DNA of 47,095 nucleotides from Octopus bimaculoides (GCF_001194135.2 NC_069006.1:49390-96484), one strand, 5' to 3'. Positions 26,383 to 38,715 are shown, counted from the first letter of the stretch. The notes: generated from the sequence alone by a model not told the origin. Made by a program: numbers and translations.

Positions 26383-26430
26383 GTCTCCGATGAAGGGATA
26401 TAAAAAATATCCTGCAAACAGCTGTAAGAC
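26383..26430 (+). ncRNA. Hammerhead-like motif, probably inactivated (GAAA->CAAA)
   Basis: GUCU-CCGAUGA-AGGGAUAU(AAAAA)AUAUCCUG-CAAA-CAGCUG-UA/AGAC. Confidence 0.5.
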
Positions 26431-26681
26431 CTTCTATTTAAAAATGTTCTAAAATCTACACAGCCTTGGTTTTTTTTTTTTACCTCATGAAAAGTAAATC
26501 CTTATATTCACACGCAGATACATGACCTACGTTGGACCCCTTATTTGCATAATCACCGAACCTGGAACTTAACTATGGTCTATCCATAGCACTTACTCAG
26601 CATTACCTGAAACCTCTGGGTCTAATTGACACAACAATCACTCATAACCTATATATATATACATATATATACACACACATG

Positions 26682-26898
26682 TATTATAGTGGGGTAGGCT
26701 GGTTTATGGGGTTACCCTAGATTTCTCATCCATAAGGAGTCTAGCCTTACGACAAATCTTCCGACTCCAAACACAGCTAGCCTGAGACCTCTTTAAAATA
26801 TGGAGGGGGAATTTCCCCTCCATATTTTAAAGAGATCTCAGGCCAGTAGTGTTTGGAGTCTGAAGATATGCCATAAGGATAAATACACCACTATAATA
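26682..26898. mobile_element. Palindromic fold-back MITE
   Basis: Terminal TATTATAGTGGGGTA / TACACCACTATAATA; central near-perfect palindrome 26763-26860. Confidence 0.7.
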
Positions 26899-26970
26899 TT
26901 AAGTGCTCTACATCTTAGAGTGTACCTTTATGCATTTCTACAAACAATATATATATATATNNNNNNNNNN

Positions 26971-27016
<46 letters not shown>

Positions 27017-27780
27017 ATATCTATAGGTATGTATGTGTAATATGTATAATGGCATGAAGATTGTTTTCTTATTTACTTGAATATTCTACATCATTTTAAA
27101 TACTCGCTTAATTTATTGCCTTTAACCCCCTCTCCCCCCACCACCAACCCTGCAAAGAAATGATTTAGTCTCACCTGGCTAAGAATATATGTAAGTCTGT
27201 ATGTTTGTGTGAGGTGTGGAGGGAGGGGAATAACATTATAAACATTTCTAGTAGCAGCCTGCTATTAAATCACTTGGTCGTGAATGAATTAAAACGTTTG
27301 ACGATCAATTCTTCGTCCCAGACAAAAGCTATCACATTACAAAGCAGATACTAAGTTGTGCTGTGAATCACCCTTATGGCTTTAGGGAAGACACCACCTA
27401 TTAATAGACATGTGATTCTGAACGGACACAATGATATTTTATCTTAAGTATTTTATTTGTTCATTTATTTTATTTATTTAGTTTTTCCTTTTATTGTTTT
27501 CTTCTTTTTGCTTTATCCTATTTCTTGACTGGTTCATTTAAATTTGTGTTTTATGAACATAGCATTGCCACGTGTGTTTTTGCTTCTTGTGTTTTAACTA
27601 TGATATGCTAATCGTATGATAAGAACATCTTCACTCAACAAGGGGTTTATATTTTTCATGAAATAAAAGCTCCGTTCAGCAAATCAATTTGTACATTGGC
27701 CTGAAAGGTTGCTTTTTTTTTCTAGTATTGCTGGAATTAAATTTATTCAATGCAATTGTTTAAAATATCATATAATATTT

Positions 27781-28172
27781 GGTACTTTTTGATCATCTCA
27801 CCCCCATTAAAAAATTGCCATTAAAAAACTGGGTTATCTCCCCACTAAAATATAGAGTTAACGTGGTGACGAGATTAGATTAAAAAGAGTTAGATCCTTT
27901 TCATTTAATACTTCAACGTGTTGTTGATTTTCGGCCTCCTCAATAGGAATCGGATGATTTGTTATAAAAATGTTATCAGATTCAATAAGATGTTTAATTT
28001 TTTTCACTTTTCATGTTTATTAATTTTTTTCATTTTTTTGTTTTTGTTTTATTGAGGGTTAAACAATTTTTTTTAGTTGAGGGAGATAACCAAAAGCAGT
28101 GATATTTCTTGTAAAACGGGGGTGGGGAGATAACCCAATTTTTTAATGGGGGTGAGATAACCAAAAAGTACC
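27781..28172. mobile_element. Non-autonomous DNA transposon with 37-bp TIRs
   Basis: GGTACTTTTTGATCATCTCACCCCCATTAAAAAATTG / CAATTTTTTAATGGGGGTGAGATAACCAAAAAGTACC; flanks TAATATTT / TAATATTC (7/8 direct repeat). Confidence 0.7.
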
Positions 28173-29478
28173 TAATATTCCAGCAATAAACTTCCAGTAA
28201 AGTGTTTGATGAAACAATTGCAGGATTACGCAATAAAACAAGTTGCTTCTGCCAGTCTCCTTGTTAACCCTTTCATTACCAATCCAGCTGAAACCGGTTC
28301 TGTCTCTGAGTACAAATGTCTGGTTTTCATAAGTTTTGAATTAAAATCTTCCACCAAACCTCAGTCACAATTTATGTTCCTAACACTAGCTTAATGATAA
28401 CTAAGTTATTTTACTAAATTCTTTGTTATATTTAAAATTAAGTGAAAGAAACACAGAACATCTCAAAATAAATACTGAAATGAAGGGGTTTGTNNNNNNN
28501 NNNNNNNNNNNNNNNNNNNNNNNNNNNNNNNNNNNNNNNNNNNNNNNNNNNNNNNNNNNNNNNNNNNNNNNNNNNNNNNNNNNNNNNNNNNNNNNNNNNN
28601 NNNNNNNNNNNNNNNNNNNNNNNNNNNNNNNNNNNNNNNNNNNNNNNNNNNNNNNNNNNNNNNNNNNNNNNNNNNNNNNNNNNNNNNNNNNNNNNNNNNN
28701 NNNNNNNNNNNNNNNNNNNNNNNNNNNNNNNNNNNNNNNNNNNNNNNNNNNNNNNNNNNNNNNNNNNNNNNNNNNNNNNNNNNNNNNNNNNNNNNNNNNN
28801 NNNNNNNNNNNNNNNNNNNNNNNNNNNNNNNNNNNNNNNNNNNNNNNNNNNNNNNNNNNNNNNNNNNNNNNNNNNNNNNNNNNNNNNNNNNNNNNNNNNN
28901 NNNNNNNNNNNNNNNNNNNNNNNNNNNNNNNNNNNNNNNNNNNNNNNNNNNNNNNNNNNNNNNNNNNNNNNNNNNNNNNNNNNNNNNNNNNNNNNNNNNN
29001 NNNNNNNNNNNNNNNNNNNNNNNNNNNNNNNNNNNNNNNNNNNNNNNNNNNNNNNNNNNNNNNNNNNNNNNNNNNNNNNNNNNNNNNNNNNNNNNNNNNN
29101 NNNNNNNNNNNNNNNNNNNNNNNNNNNNNNNNNNNNNNNNNNNNNNNNNNNNNNNNNNNNNNNNNNNNNNNNNNNNNNNNNNNNNNNNNNNNNNNNNNNN
29201 NNNNNNNNNNNNNNNNNNNNNNNNNNNNNNNNNNNNNNNNNNNNNNNNNNNNNNNNNNNNNNNNNNNNNNNNNNNNNNNNNNNNNNNNNNNNNNNNNNNN
29301 NNNNNNNNNNNNNNNNNNNNNNNNNNNNNNNNNNNNNNNNNNNNNNNNNNNNNNNNNNNNNNNNNNNNNNNNNNNNNNNNNNNNNNNNNNNNNNNGGGGG
29401 TGGGGACAGTGGGTATTCTGTGATGAGATATGTGTGTCAGACAAAGAGGTGTAAGCAGAGACAAGGGTGAATGTACTG

Positions 29479-29513
<35 letters not shown>

Positions 29514-29977
29514 TTCAGTATCTATGTATGTCAAAATGTAATCAGCGACAGCGTGTATATTTTTGTAAATATAGAAACATGAACGTACTAACTTATGTAT
29601 GTTTATGTACATACGTGTGTATGTGTGTATGTATGTGTGTGTGTGTATGTATGTATGTATGCATGTATGTATGTATGTGTGTGTGTGTATGTATATGCGT
29701 GTATGCATGTACGTTCATATATATATATGTCTGTATATGTACGTATACACTTGCATATGTGTATAAATGTACGATATGTTGGTATGTGTGTAGGTATGTA
29801 TACATGTATGTATATACATTCGCGTGCATGTGTGTATGTATGTGTGTATATGTATGCACACACACATGTATATGATATGTACGTGTGTGTATAACGGTGG
29901 GTATGTGTAGATGACTATGTATGTACGTACGTACTTATTATACACGTATGTATATGTATGTGTACGCATTTATCTCA

Positions 29978-30012
<35 letters not shown>

Positions 30013-30202
30013 NNNNNNNNNNNNNNNNNNNNNNNNNNNNNNNNNNNNNNNNNNNNNNNNNNNNNNNNNNNNNNNNNNNNNNNNNNNNNNNNNNNNNNNN
30101 NNNNNNNNNNNNNNNNNNNTATATGTACGTATATATCAATGTGTGTGTGTGTGTGTGTGACAGCATGCTTTAATCAGTGTTGGATGCGATAGTAACGACA
30201 CA

Positions 30203-30382
30203 ATGTTGGAACCGACACTACGCGAGGTGCTCCGCGCCCATGAAAGGATCTTACCCTTTATACGACGCACACCGATATTCAGTAGCCGGACAGTGGACAG
30301 GCTTACCGGACTAACTGTCCACTTCAAGACAGAGAACTTTCAGAAAACCGGTTCTTTCAAGGCCAGAGGAGCATTGAATGGG
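30203..30382 (+). CDS. SRR: SRR-like coding exon 1 (PLP-binding Lys53)
   Basis: MLEPTLREV...[15 protein letters not shown]; donor GGG|gtaaga; ATG position slightly uncertain. Confidence 0.9.
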
Positions 30383-30649
30383 GTAAGACAGATGGCAAAA
30401 CGTTGGCTCTTTCGTTTGCTATGTGTGCGTTTGCGTTTGTATGTATGTATGTATGTGTGTGTGTGTGTATGTATGTATGTGTGTGTGTGTGTTTGTGCAT
30501 GCATACATGTATGAATGTATTGTGCTGGTCCTTGTGGTTGTTGTTGTTGTCGCAGTGTTTGTGGTGGTGGTGGTGGTGGTAGTAACTTTGGTGGTACTTG
30601 TTTGCTGACGGTGGTGGTGGTGATTCTTGTAGATATATGATTGGGGCTA

Positions 30650-30696
<47 letters not shown>

Positions 30697-32365
30697 AGGA
30701 TCAACTGGTTATATCGTGCATGTATTGTAATTTCGGTGTTGGTATGTTGTGGTTGTAGTAGAGGTGGTGGCATCAGTGATTTGTGAGGTAGTAGTTCTTT
30801 TTGTTGTTATTGTTGTTGTTCTTTAGCACGCACACACACACACGCACTCACACACACCTGACCAAGGTCTGCCCTGCTCCAACCCTTAGATCTATGCTCA
30901 AAGATATCCCCCCCCACCAACCACCACCACCGCCATCGATGAATGTCGAGTCCTTTTATTTATAGGACAAGGTTTATCTAGCAGTTGTAGTCTGAGGGAG
31001 ATTCAGCTGTTGTCTCTATCCAGTCAATTGACAACATCATCAGAGGTTCTCTTATTTGCTTTGTGATGGCAATACTTGGAGCTGGTATTTGGTCTGGTGG
31101 TNNNNNNNNNNNNNNNNNNNNNNNNNNNNNNNNNNNNNNNNNNNNNNNNNNNNNNNNNNNNNNNNNNNNNNNNNNNNNNNNNNNNNNNNNNNNNNNNNNN
31201 NNNNNNNNNNNNNNNNNNNNNNNNNNNNNNNNNNNNNNNNNNNNNNNNNNNNNNNNNNNNNNNNNNNNNNNNNNNNNNNNNNNNNNNNNNNNNNNNNNNN
31301 NNNNNNNNNNNNNNNNNNNNNNNNNNNNNNNNNNNNNNNNNNNNNNNNNNNNNNNNNNNNNNNNNNNNNNNNNNNNNNNNNNNNNNNNNNNNNNNNNNNN
31401 NNNNNNNNNNNNNNNNNNNNNNNNNNNNNNNNNNNNNNNNNNNNNNNNNNNNNNNNNNNNNNNNNNNNNNNNNNNNNNNNNNNNNNNNNNNNNNNNNNNN
31501 NNNNNNNNNNNNNNNNNNNNNNNNNNNNNNNNNNNNNNNNNNNNNNNNNNNNNNNNNNNNNNNNNNNNNNNNNNNNNNNNNNNNNNNNNNNNNNNNNNNN
31601 NNNNNNNNNNNNNNNNNNNNNNNNNNNNNNNNNNGGTGGTGGTGGTGGTGGTCGATCCAGATCCCAGATTCAGTCCCGCTGCATGGCACTTTGGGCAAGT
31701 GTTGTCTAAGCCGAACTCTAAGCCTAATCCTAACCCTAACCCTCATGCCGACCAAAGCCTTATGAGTGGATTTGGTAGACGGAAACTGAAAGAAGCCCAT
31801 CGTGTGTGTGTTTGTCCTCCCCCACCCCCCACACTGCTTGACGACCATCATTAGTGTATTTACGTCCCTGTAACATAGCAGTTCAGCAAACGAGAACAGT
31901 CAAATGGGAAAGAAAATCTTGCGTTCGATGCATTCTACTAAAGTTCTTCAAGGCAGTGCCCCAGGATGGCCACAGTCTAATGACTGAAACAAGTAAAAGA
32001 CAAAAGACCAGGGCTCACCAAGAGCTTAACAACAACAGAAGACATCAAGGGATTACTTACACAGACAACCTGCTAGAAATAGCAGCCAAATATTCTTTTA
32101 ATAGTACTCTACCACCCTAGAAAAATGAAGGACACATTGTATGATGCTGTACACACTTTTTCTTTGACTTGTTTTACTCATTGGACTGTGACCATGCTGG
32201 AGCACTGCTTTGAAGGGTTTTAGTTGAGTAAATGCTTGTTTTTTTAATATATTTTTTGTTTTGTTTTGAAGCCTCTTATTCTGTTGTTTCATTTGCTGAA
32301 CTGCTAAGTTACACGGACATAAACGAGCAAACAACAATTGTCTAGTGGTGGAGGGAGGGGGACAA

Positions 32366-32396
<31 letters not shown>

Positions 32397-34724
32397 CTAG
32401 CAATGCACCGTAGCATTGCCTGGGTGTTATGATCTACAGCCACATTGTATTATTTGTTCCTTTCCTATGGGCAGATTCGGCACACAAGGGGTATGAAACA
32501 AACAGCTCTTCTTTATAAACATGTTTTTGGGTCATTTTCTGATGAACAATGCTGCAGTTTCCATCTACCTAATTCAGCCACAAGTCTCTCGTTAGCTTAG
32601 GGATATAGTAGAAAAACACTTGCCCAAAATAGTAAAATTTGTTCAAGCAGAGTTGCCTCCCTTAGATAAAGACCTCAAAATTGTGCAACCCGACCTCGTT
32701 TTTGAGGTTGTTTTTGTAGTAAAAAAGAGTTGTACGAAAAAATCTACTTTATTTGTCAGCCAAAAGATTACTGAATCTTTTGATACCTCATACGTCAAAA
32801 TTGGCAACTCAGTTTTCAAATCCATAAGAAAAATATGCACGCGCACACACAGACACACAAACTCTGTTTTATTATATAAGATTTATTACTGGAATTGCCC
32901 AATATGGATCTATATTAATTTCTTTTTAGGGGTGATGGGTATGAAAAGTACACATATATGTGTTTATATGCATACATGTGTGTCCGAATGTGTACATTAT
33001 TTATGTACACATAAATAATTCCCATTAGTTAATGAAATTTTGAATTATTGTGTTTATTGTATAGCGTTTCAAGGAAAGTATATTTGTTTTTAACCATTTT
33101 ATAAACTTTTGATGTCTAAATGTGCACCTGAAAATATCTACACATCTAGATACGCATGTGTGTAAGCGTACATAAAGTTAATCATAGATATACACATACA
33201 CACATATAGTCTATATATGCATAAACACACACATACATACACTTATACAGACATATAACACACTCACCGGTTTGATTTCCACTCATTTACAAATAGGGTG
33301 AACACATGGTACAAGACTGATAAATATCAAGGAGTGATGTTTGTAGAGGCCACAGCCCCTGGAGAACTAGCCTGTAGGTTTTGAAAAGCTCTGAAGGAGA
33401 CTAAATTCAACATTAAGATTATTGAAAAGCCAGGGAACTCCATCAGATCACAACTATGTAGGACGTACCCCTTTGAGAATACCACATGCACCAATGACAA
33501 CTGCATGGTATGTAGTCTACAGTATAAGGTGCATAGAATGTGCTTGTAAAGACAAGAACATGATATACATAGGTGAAACATCTAGGAGCATTGCGGAAAG
33601 ACTAAATGAACATTTGAAACAATATAACGACAAAAAACAATCCTCCATACTTTACCAACATGCCAACTTGACATTCGCATTTTATCCAAGCACCCAAAGG
33701 ACCCAACACTCAGACAAGTACAAGAGTACATTCACATTAATGAAACATCCCCAGGAAGTATACATAGGTGTCATACCCCAACACCCACAGTTATATATAC
33801 ACAGATAGTGTTGTCAAAGGAGTCGTTAGAAATGGCCATAATGGATTGACACCTGTACCTCTACTGTTACTCATTCATATTTTACTCACCTGTCTTGGAA
33901 TCTGCCCTTCGTAATATTATGGAGCATATATTTAATATAATGTAAATGTGTGAATAGCTCAAGAGTGGATTTCTTTACTCAGCTGGGTCTAATTGTCTAC
34001 ATACACTGCAAGAATATCATTCGGCCGGGACTTGTGTACCAAGTTTGATAGTTACATAATATTGTTGTGTGTGTTTATATTATTCTGATCTAACGAGGTG
34101 CCACAATTTTAGTACCTAATTCAACTGAATCTTACTTATATTTTATATATATACATACATACACAGAGCAGGCTTCAATACAGTTTCTAACTATCAAATT
34201 CACTCAATAAGCATTGGTCAGCTCAAAGTTATTGCAGAAGACACTTGCCCAAGGTGCAGTGCTGTGGAATTGAACTTAAAATTATGTGGTTGGGAAGCAA
34301 GCTTCTGAATCGTATATCCACGCCTCTGATCATGTTGAACAAAAAAAAAAAAAACAATAGAATAAGAGTTGGTCAAGGCAGGAGTGTCTTTGATTTTATG
34401 CCTGTCAGTACACTGACCAAGGGCTAAACAACACCACCAACAAGTGTTTCATTTCAAGTGGGAATTGCACAGGTGAGCAATCAGTATGTAAACAAGAAAG
34501 ATTATTTCTCACAAACTGAGATAAATATATATATATATACGTGTGTGTGTTTATATATATATATATATATATATACGTCCAACCCATGCTAGCATGGAAA
34601 GCGGACGTATGATGATGATGATGATGATATATATATATATACACATGGCATGGTACCATAGGCAACAGGTAGAAAGCCTGCTACTCATGTTGGATTCAAG
34701 GAGTTCCAACAAAACCTGAATTAA

Positions 34725-34775
<51 letters not shown>

Positions 34776-37700
34776 GGTGATGATGATAATGATTGTTGTT
34801 GCTGATTTTTTTTGTAGATTCTGACTCTACTGGAACGGAAACCAACCATAAAAGGAGTGGTCTGTATACTACTACTACTACTACTTTTCCTTATTTTCCT
34901 CCTTTCCCTTCTCTCCTCCTAAATACCACAAGGCATTCGCTGAAATGTTACCAATTTTGCCAAGCAAATAACCCATATGTCCTGGTTTCGTGGGTCAGTT
35001 TGAGAAGAAAGGGGCAGTCAGCCCTGATGAAGACACTTGCCCAAGATGCCACGCAGTGGGATTGACCCGAAACCATGCAAGCCACTCCTGCACCTATATA
35101 TATATATATAGGTTGTTAGTGACCTCCAGGTATTGGAGGCTCTACACAGAGTGGTATTGGTGTCAATGAGACCCAGAGGTGTCAGGTAATGCTCAGTAAG
35201 TGCTATGGATAGACCATAGTTAAGCTCCAGGTTTGGTGATTAAGCGAATAAGGGATCCAACGTAGGTCATGTATCAGCGTGTGTGTATATAAGGATTTAC
35301 TTTTCGTAATGAGATAAAAAAAAACAAGGCTGTGCATAATACAGAACATTTATAAATGTTCTAAAATCTACACAGCCTTGGTTTTTTTTTATCTCATTAC
35401 CAAAAGTAAATTTATATATATATATATATATTGTTGTGTCTGGAGAGAGTTATACTGCCTTAATATCTAACACACACACTGGTTCAATTTCCACTCATTT
35501 ATTATTTATATTTTTTCTTTCCAAAATTTTCATTGCTTTTGCAACATTGTCAATGGATGTTGACTCTATCCACACACACACACACACACACACACACATT
35601 AGGAACTCTTCCAGTTTCCATGTACAAAATCTGCACATGTGGCTACNNNNNNNNNNATATATATATATTGTTGTGTCTGGAGAGAGTTATACTGCCTTAA
35701 TATCTAACACACACACTGGTTCAATTTCCACTCATTTATTATTTATATTTTTTCTTTCCAAAATTTTCATTGCTTTTGCAACATTGTCAATGGATGTTGA
35801 CTCTATCCACACACACACACAAAATCTGACCCCACCCCTGTGCCTATGTTAAAAAAATCAGCATTACTGTTATTAATTTCTTCCTCTGGACCCCATCATA
35901 ATCCTTTCTCAATAATCATCAGTATTTTTTTTTTCTCTTGCTTTGATTTTTTTTTTTTTTCATCCAGGTAACACACAGTACTGGTAACCATGGACTCGCC
36001 CTCGCCTGGGCAGCACAACAGATCAAACTACCCTGTTCTGTGGTCGTACCCTGCAATACCCCAGCTGTTAAAGTGGAAGCTGTCAAAGCTTATGGCGCCA
36101 ATGTACAACTTTGTCAAATTGACATACAAGACAGGTATAATTCTTGTGTCTATATTCACACACAAACACAGATGCATTCACACTCACACATACATACACA
36201 CACAAACTCACACACATGCATATGCACTCACACACACAAACACATACACACACACATACATACTTACATACACAAACTCACACATGCATATGCACTCACA
36301 CACACAAACACACACACATATACATACTTACACACACAAACTCACACACACACACACGCACACATGCATATATTTATCACCAACATTATCATTTTGAAGT
36401 TCCCTTTTCCATCCTAGCATGAGTCAGACAGAATTGTTTTTGAGGGTGCTTTTCCTGTTGCCAACCCTCAAGTGCGTCTATGTAAAAGGTAATATTTCCC
36501 TGTGGTTGGACATAGTTTCATAGAAGATTGGAAAGGAACAACCTTGCTTGTATGATGGTGATACTCATTTACAGCCATCATATGAAGTCAAGACAACACA
36601 ACACACGCACACACACACGCACACAATATGATAGGCTTCTTTCAGTTTCTGTTTCTCCTATTGACTCACAAGGCTTTGGTCAGCCTGGGGCTATAGTAGA
36701 AGACACACGCCCAGGGTGTTATGCAGCAGGACTGCAAAGCACCCTGGTTGGACACTCTCCCTTTTCTCCTGATTTGGCCCCAACATGAAAAACACTTGGC
36801 TGGGAACCAGTATAACAAAGATGGTGATGATGTTGATAGCTTTTTTGACCAACAAGATGAACGTCTCTTCACCAATAGCATCCAAGTACTGCAACACCAA
36901 TGCAAGCAAGCTTCTTAATCACACAACACCCAAACACACACACACACATAAAATATGTCCTTCTCTTTAGATTTTATCCTTTCTCTTTAACCCACACTGA
37001 ATCAGTGCATCATACATACATTACACAATATTCTATTAAATTCTACACATGCATTACATAATACCATTATATATTTCACACATCCTTTGTGATTTTGTGT
37101 TTGTATTTCAAGCATACACTTCATAATATCATGATACATTCCAGACATACAAAACACCATAGCATACATGTCGCACATGCTTTGTGATGATAATAATGTT
37201 TTATATTCTGGACGTACATTGAGATAATGAAATGTATTCTTAACAAACATTGCAATGTATTATTATTATTACTATTATTATTATTATTACTATTATTATT
37301 ATTATTACTATTATTATTATTATTACTGCTAAGGCAGCGAGCTTTTGGAGTCGATAAATTAAGTACCAGTTGAACACTGGGGGGGGNNNNNNNNNNNNGG
37401 GGGGGGGGGGTCGATGTAATAGATTCATCCCCTCTCCCAAAATGGCTGCCCTTGTGGCAAAATTTGAAAGCATTGTTATTATTATTGCTAAGGCAACAAA
37501 CCGGCAAAATCATTAGCACACTTGACAAAATTGCTTAACAGCATTTCATTTGTCTTTACATTTTGAGTTCAAATTCCACTGAGGTTGACTTTGCATTTCA
37601 TCCTTTCTGGGTTGATAAATTCTGATAATAATTTATACATATTGTGGGTGCCCTAGGTATGATAAGAAAGGGACGTGTATACATTGGTACACACAACCAT

Positions 37701-38389
37701 ATGTGTACAACATGGTGATCTCATATCAAGGTAAACAGTGCATGACCTCGCAGGTGGGGCCCAGTTAGAATTTTCTTCAGGTTGAGTAGCCCATCGCTCA
37801 AATGGTCCTTGAATAAGGGTTGTTTAAGGATGTTGAATGAAACACCAATTTTTCCAAAGGTGAATTATTCAAACCCCAAAGAATTCCTCTCAACACATGG
37901 CTATGATGTTCCCCCACTACTTCTGCTCGTGATCAGAGATGCACATATCGTCAGCCACCAAGGGACATGCTCAACTAGTTAAGGTCAAACAACTAACAAG
38001 CAAATCTGTGGTATTGAGCAGAATATTTGCAGTAGCCCATCTTTTATACCAAGACAAAACAATGTCCACGATAAGACTTCCAATCAGGAGAGCTACTGCC
38101 TGGTACTACATCAAGACATTCATTATTATTATTATTATTATTATTATTACAGACATACATTATGTGAAAAAATTGCAGATGAAAAACAGTTTGAAATCAT
38201 TGCTCCATTTGACAATGTGGATGTCATTGCCGGTCAGGTGAGATATCAAAATGCACACCTGTTTAAAATAATGTACTGATAGACATGTGGGTGTGTCTGT
38301 GTGTGGCAAGGGTGGTGCTGATGGGTGCTGATGCAGGTATTCTTATGTGTATATGGATGTGGTTTCCACTTAAATATTTGTATGAGTGA

Positions 38390-38442
<53 letters not shown>

Positions 38443-38663
38443 TGTGCTCACACACACGTGTGTGTGTAATATATGTCTATGCATATATATATATATATAT
38501 ATATCAGGTGTGGCTGTGTAGTAAGAAGCTTGCTTCCCAACCACATGGTTCCGGGTTCAGTCCCACTGCATGGCATTTTGGGCAAGTGTCTTCTACTATA
38601 GCTTTGGGCTGACCAAAGCCTTGTGAGTGGATTTGGTAGACGGAAACTGAAAGAAGTCTGTTG

Positions 38664-38715
<52 letters not shown>

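Larger units (their letters stand above)
25965..26650 (+). mobile_element. Non-autonomous Penelope-like element with inverted partial pseudo-LTR, each arm carrying a hammerhead-like motif
   Basis: About 120-bp inverted arms (25965-26081 vs 26383-26505); the right arm continues to about 26650 and matches 35155-35310 inverted. Confidence 0.6.

Noticed and set aside
28401-29708. Long ORFs of 200-435 aa spanning N-runs (also near 2292, 10836-11811, 16278, 31024-31854)
   Set aside because: Open only because N codons contain no stops; assembly gaps, not genes.
34087-34131. Possible hammerhead downstream of the Penelope GIY-YIG remnant (CUAACGA-GGUGC...GUACC-UAAU)
   Set aside because: Stem II is plausible and the position fits a pseudo-LTR, but G5 and the GAAA are both lost; too degenerate to call.
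35421-35825. About 165-bp identical direct repeat
   Set aside because: The copies flank a 10-N gap and look identical; most likely unmerged contig overlap.
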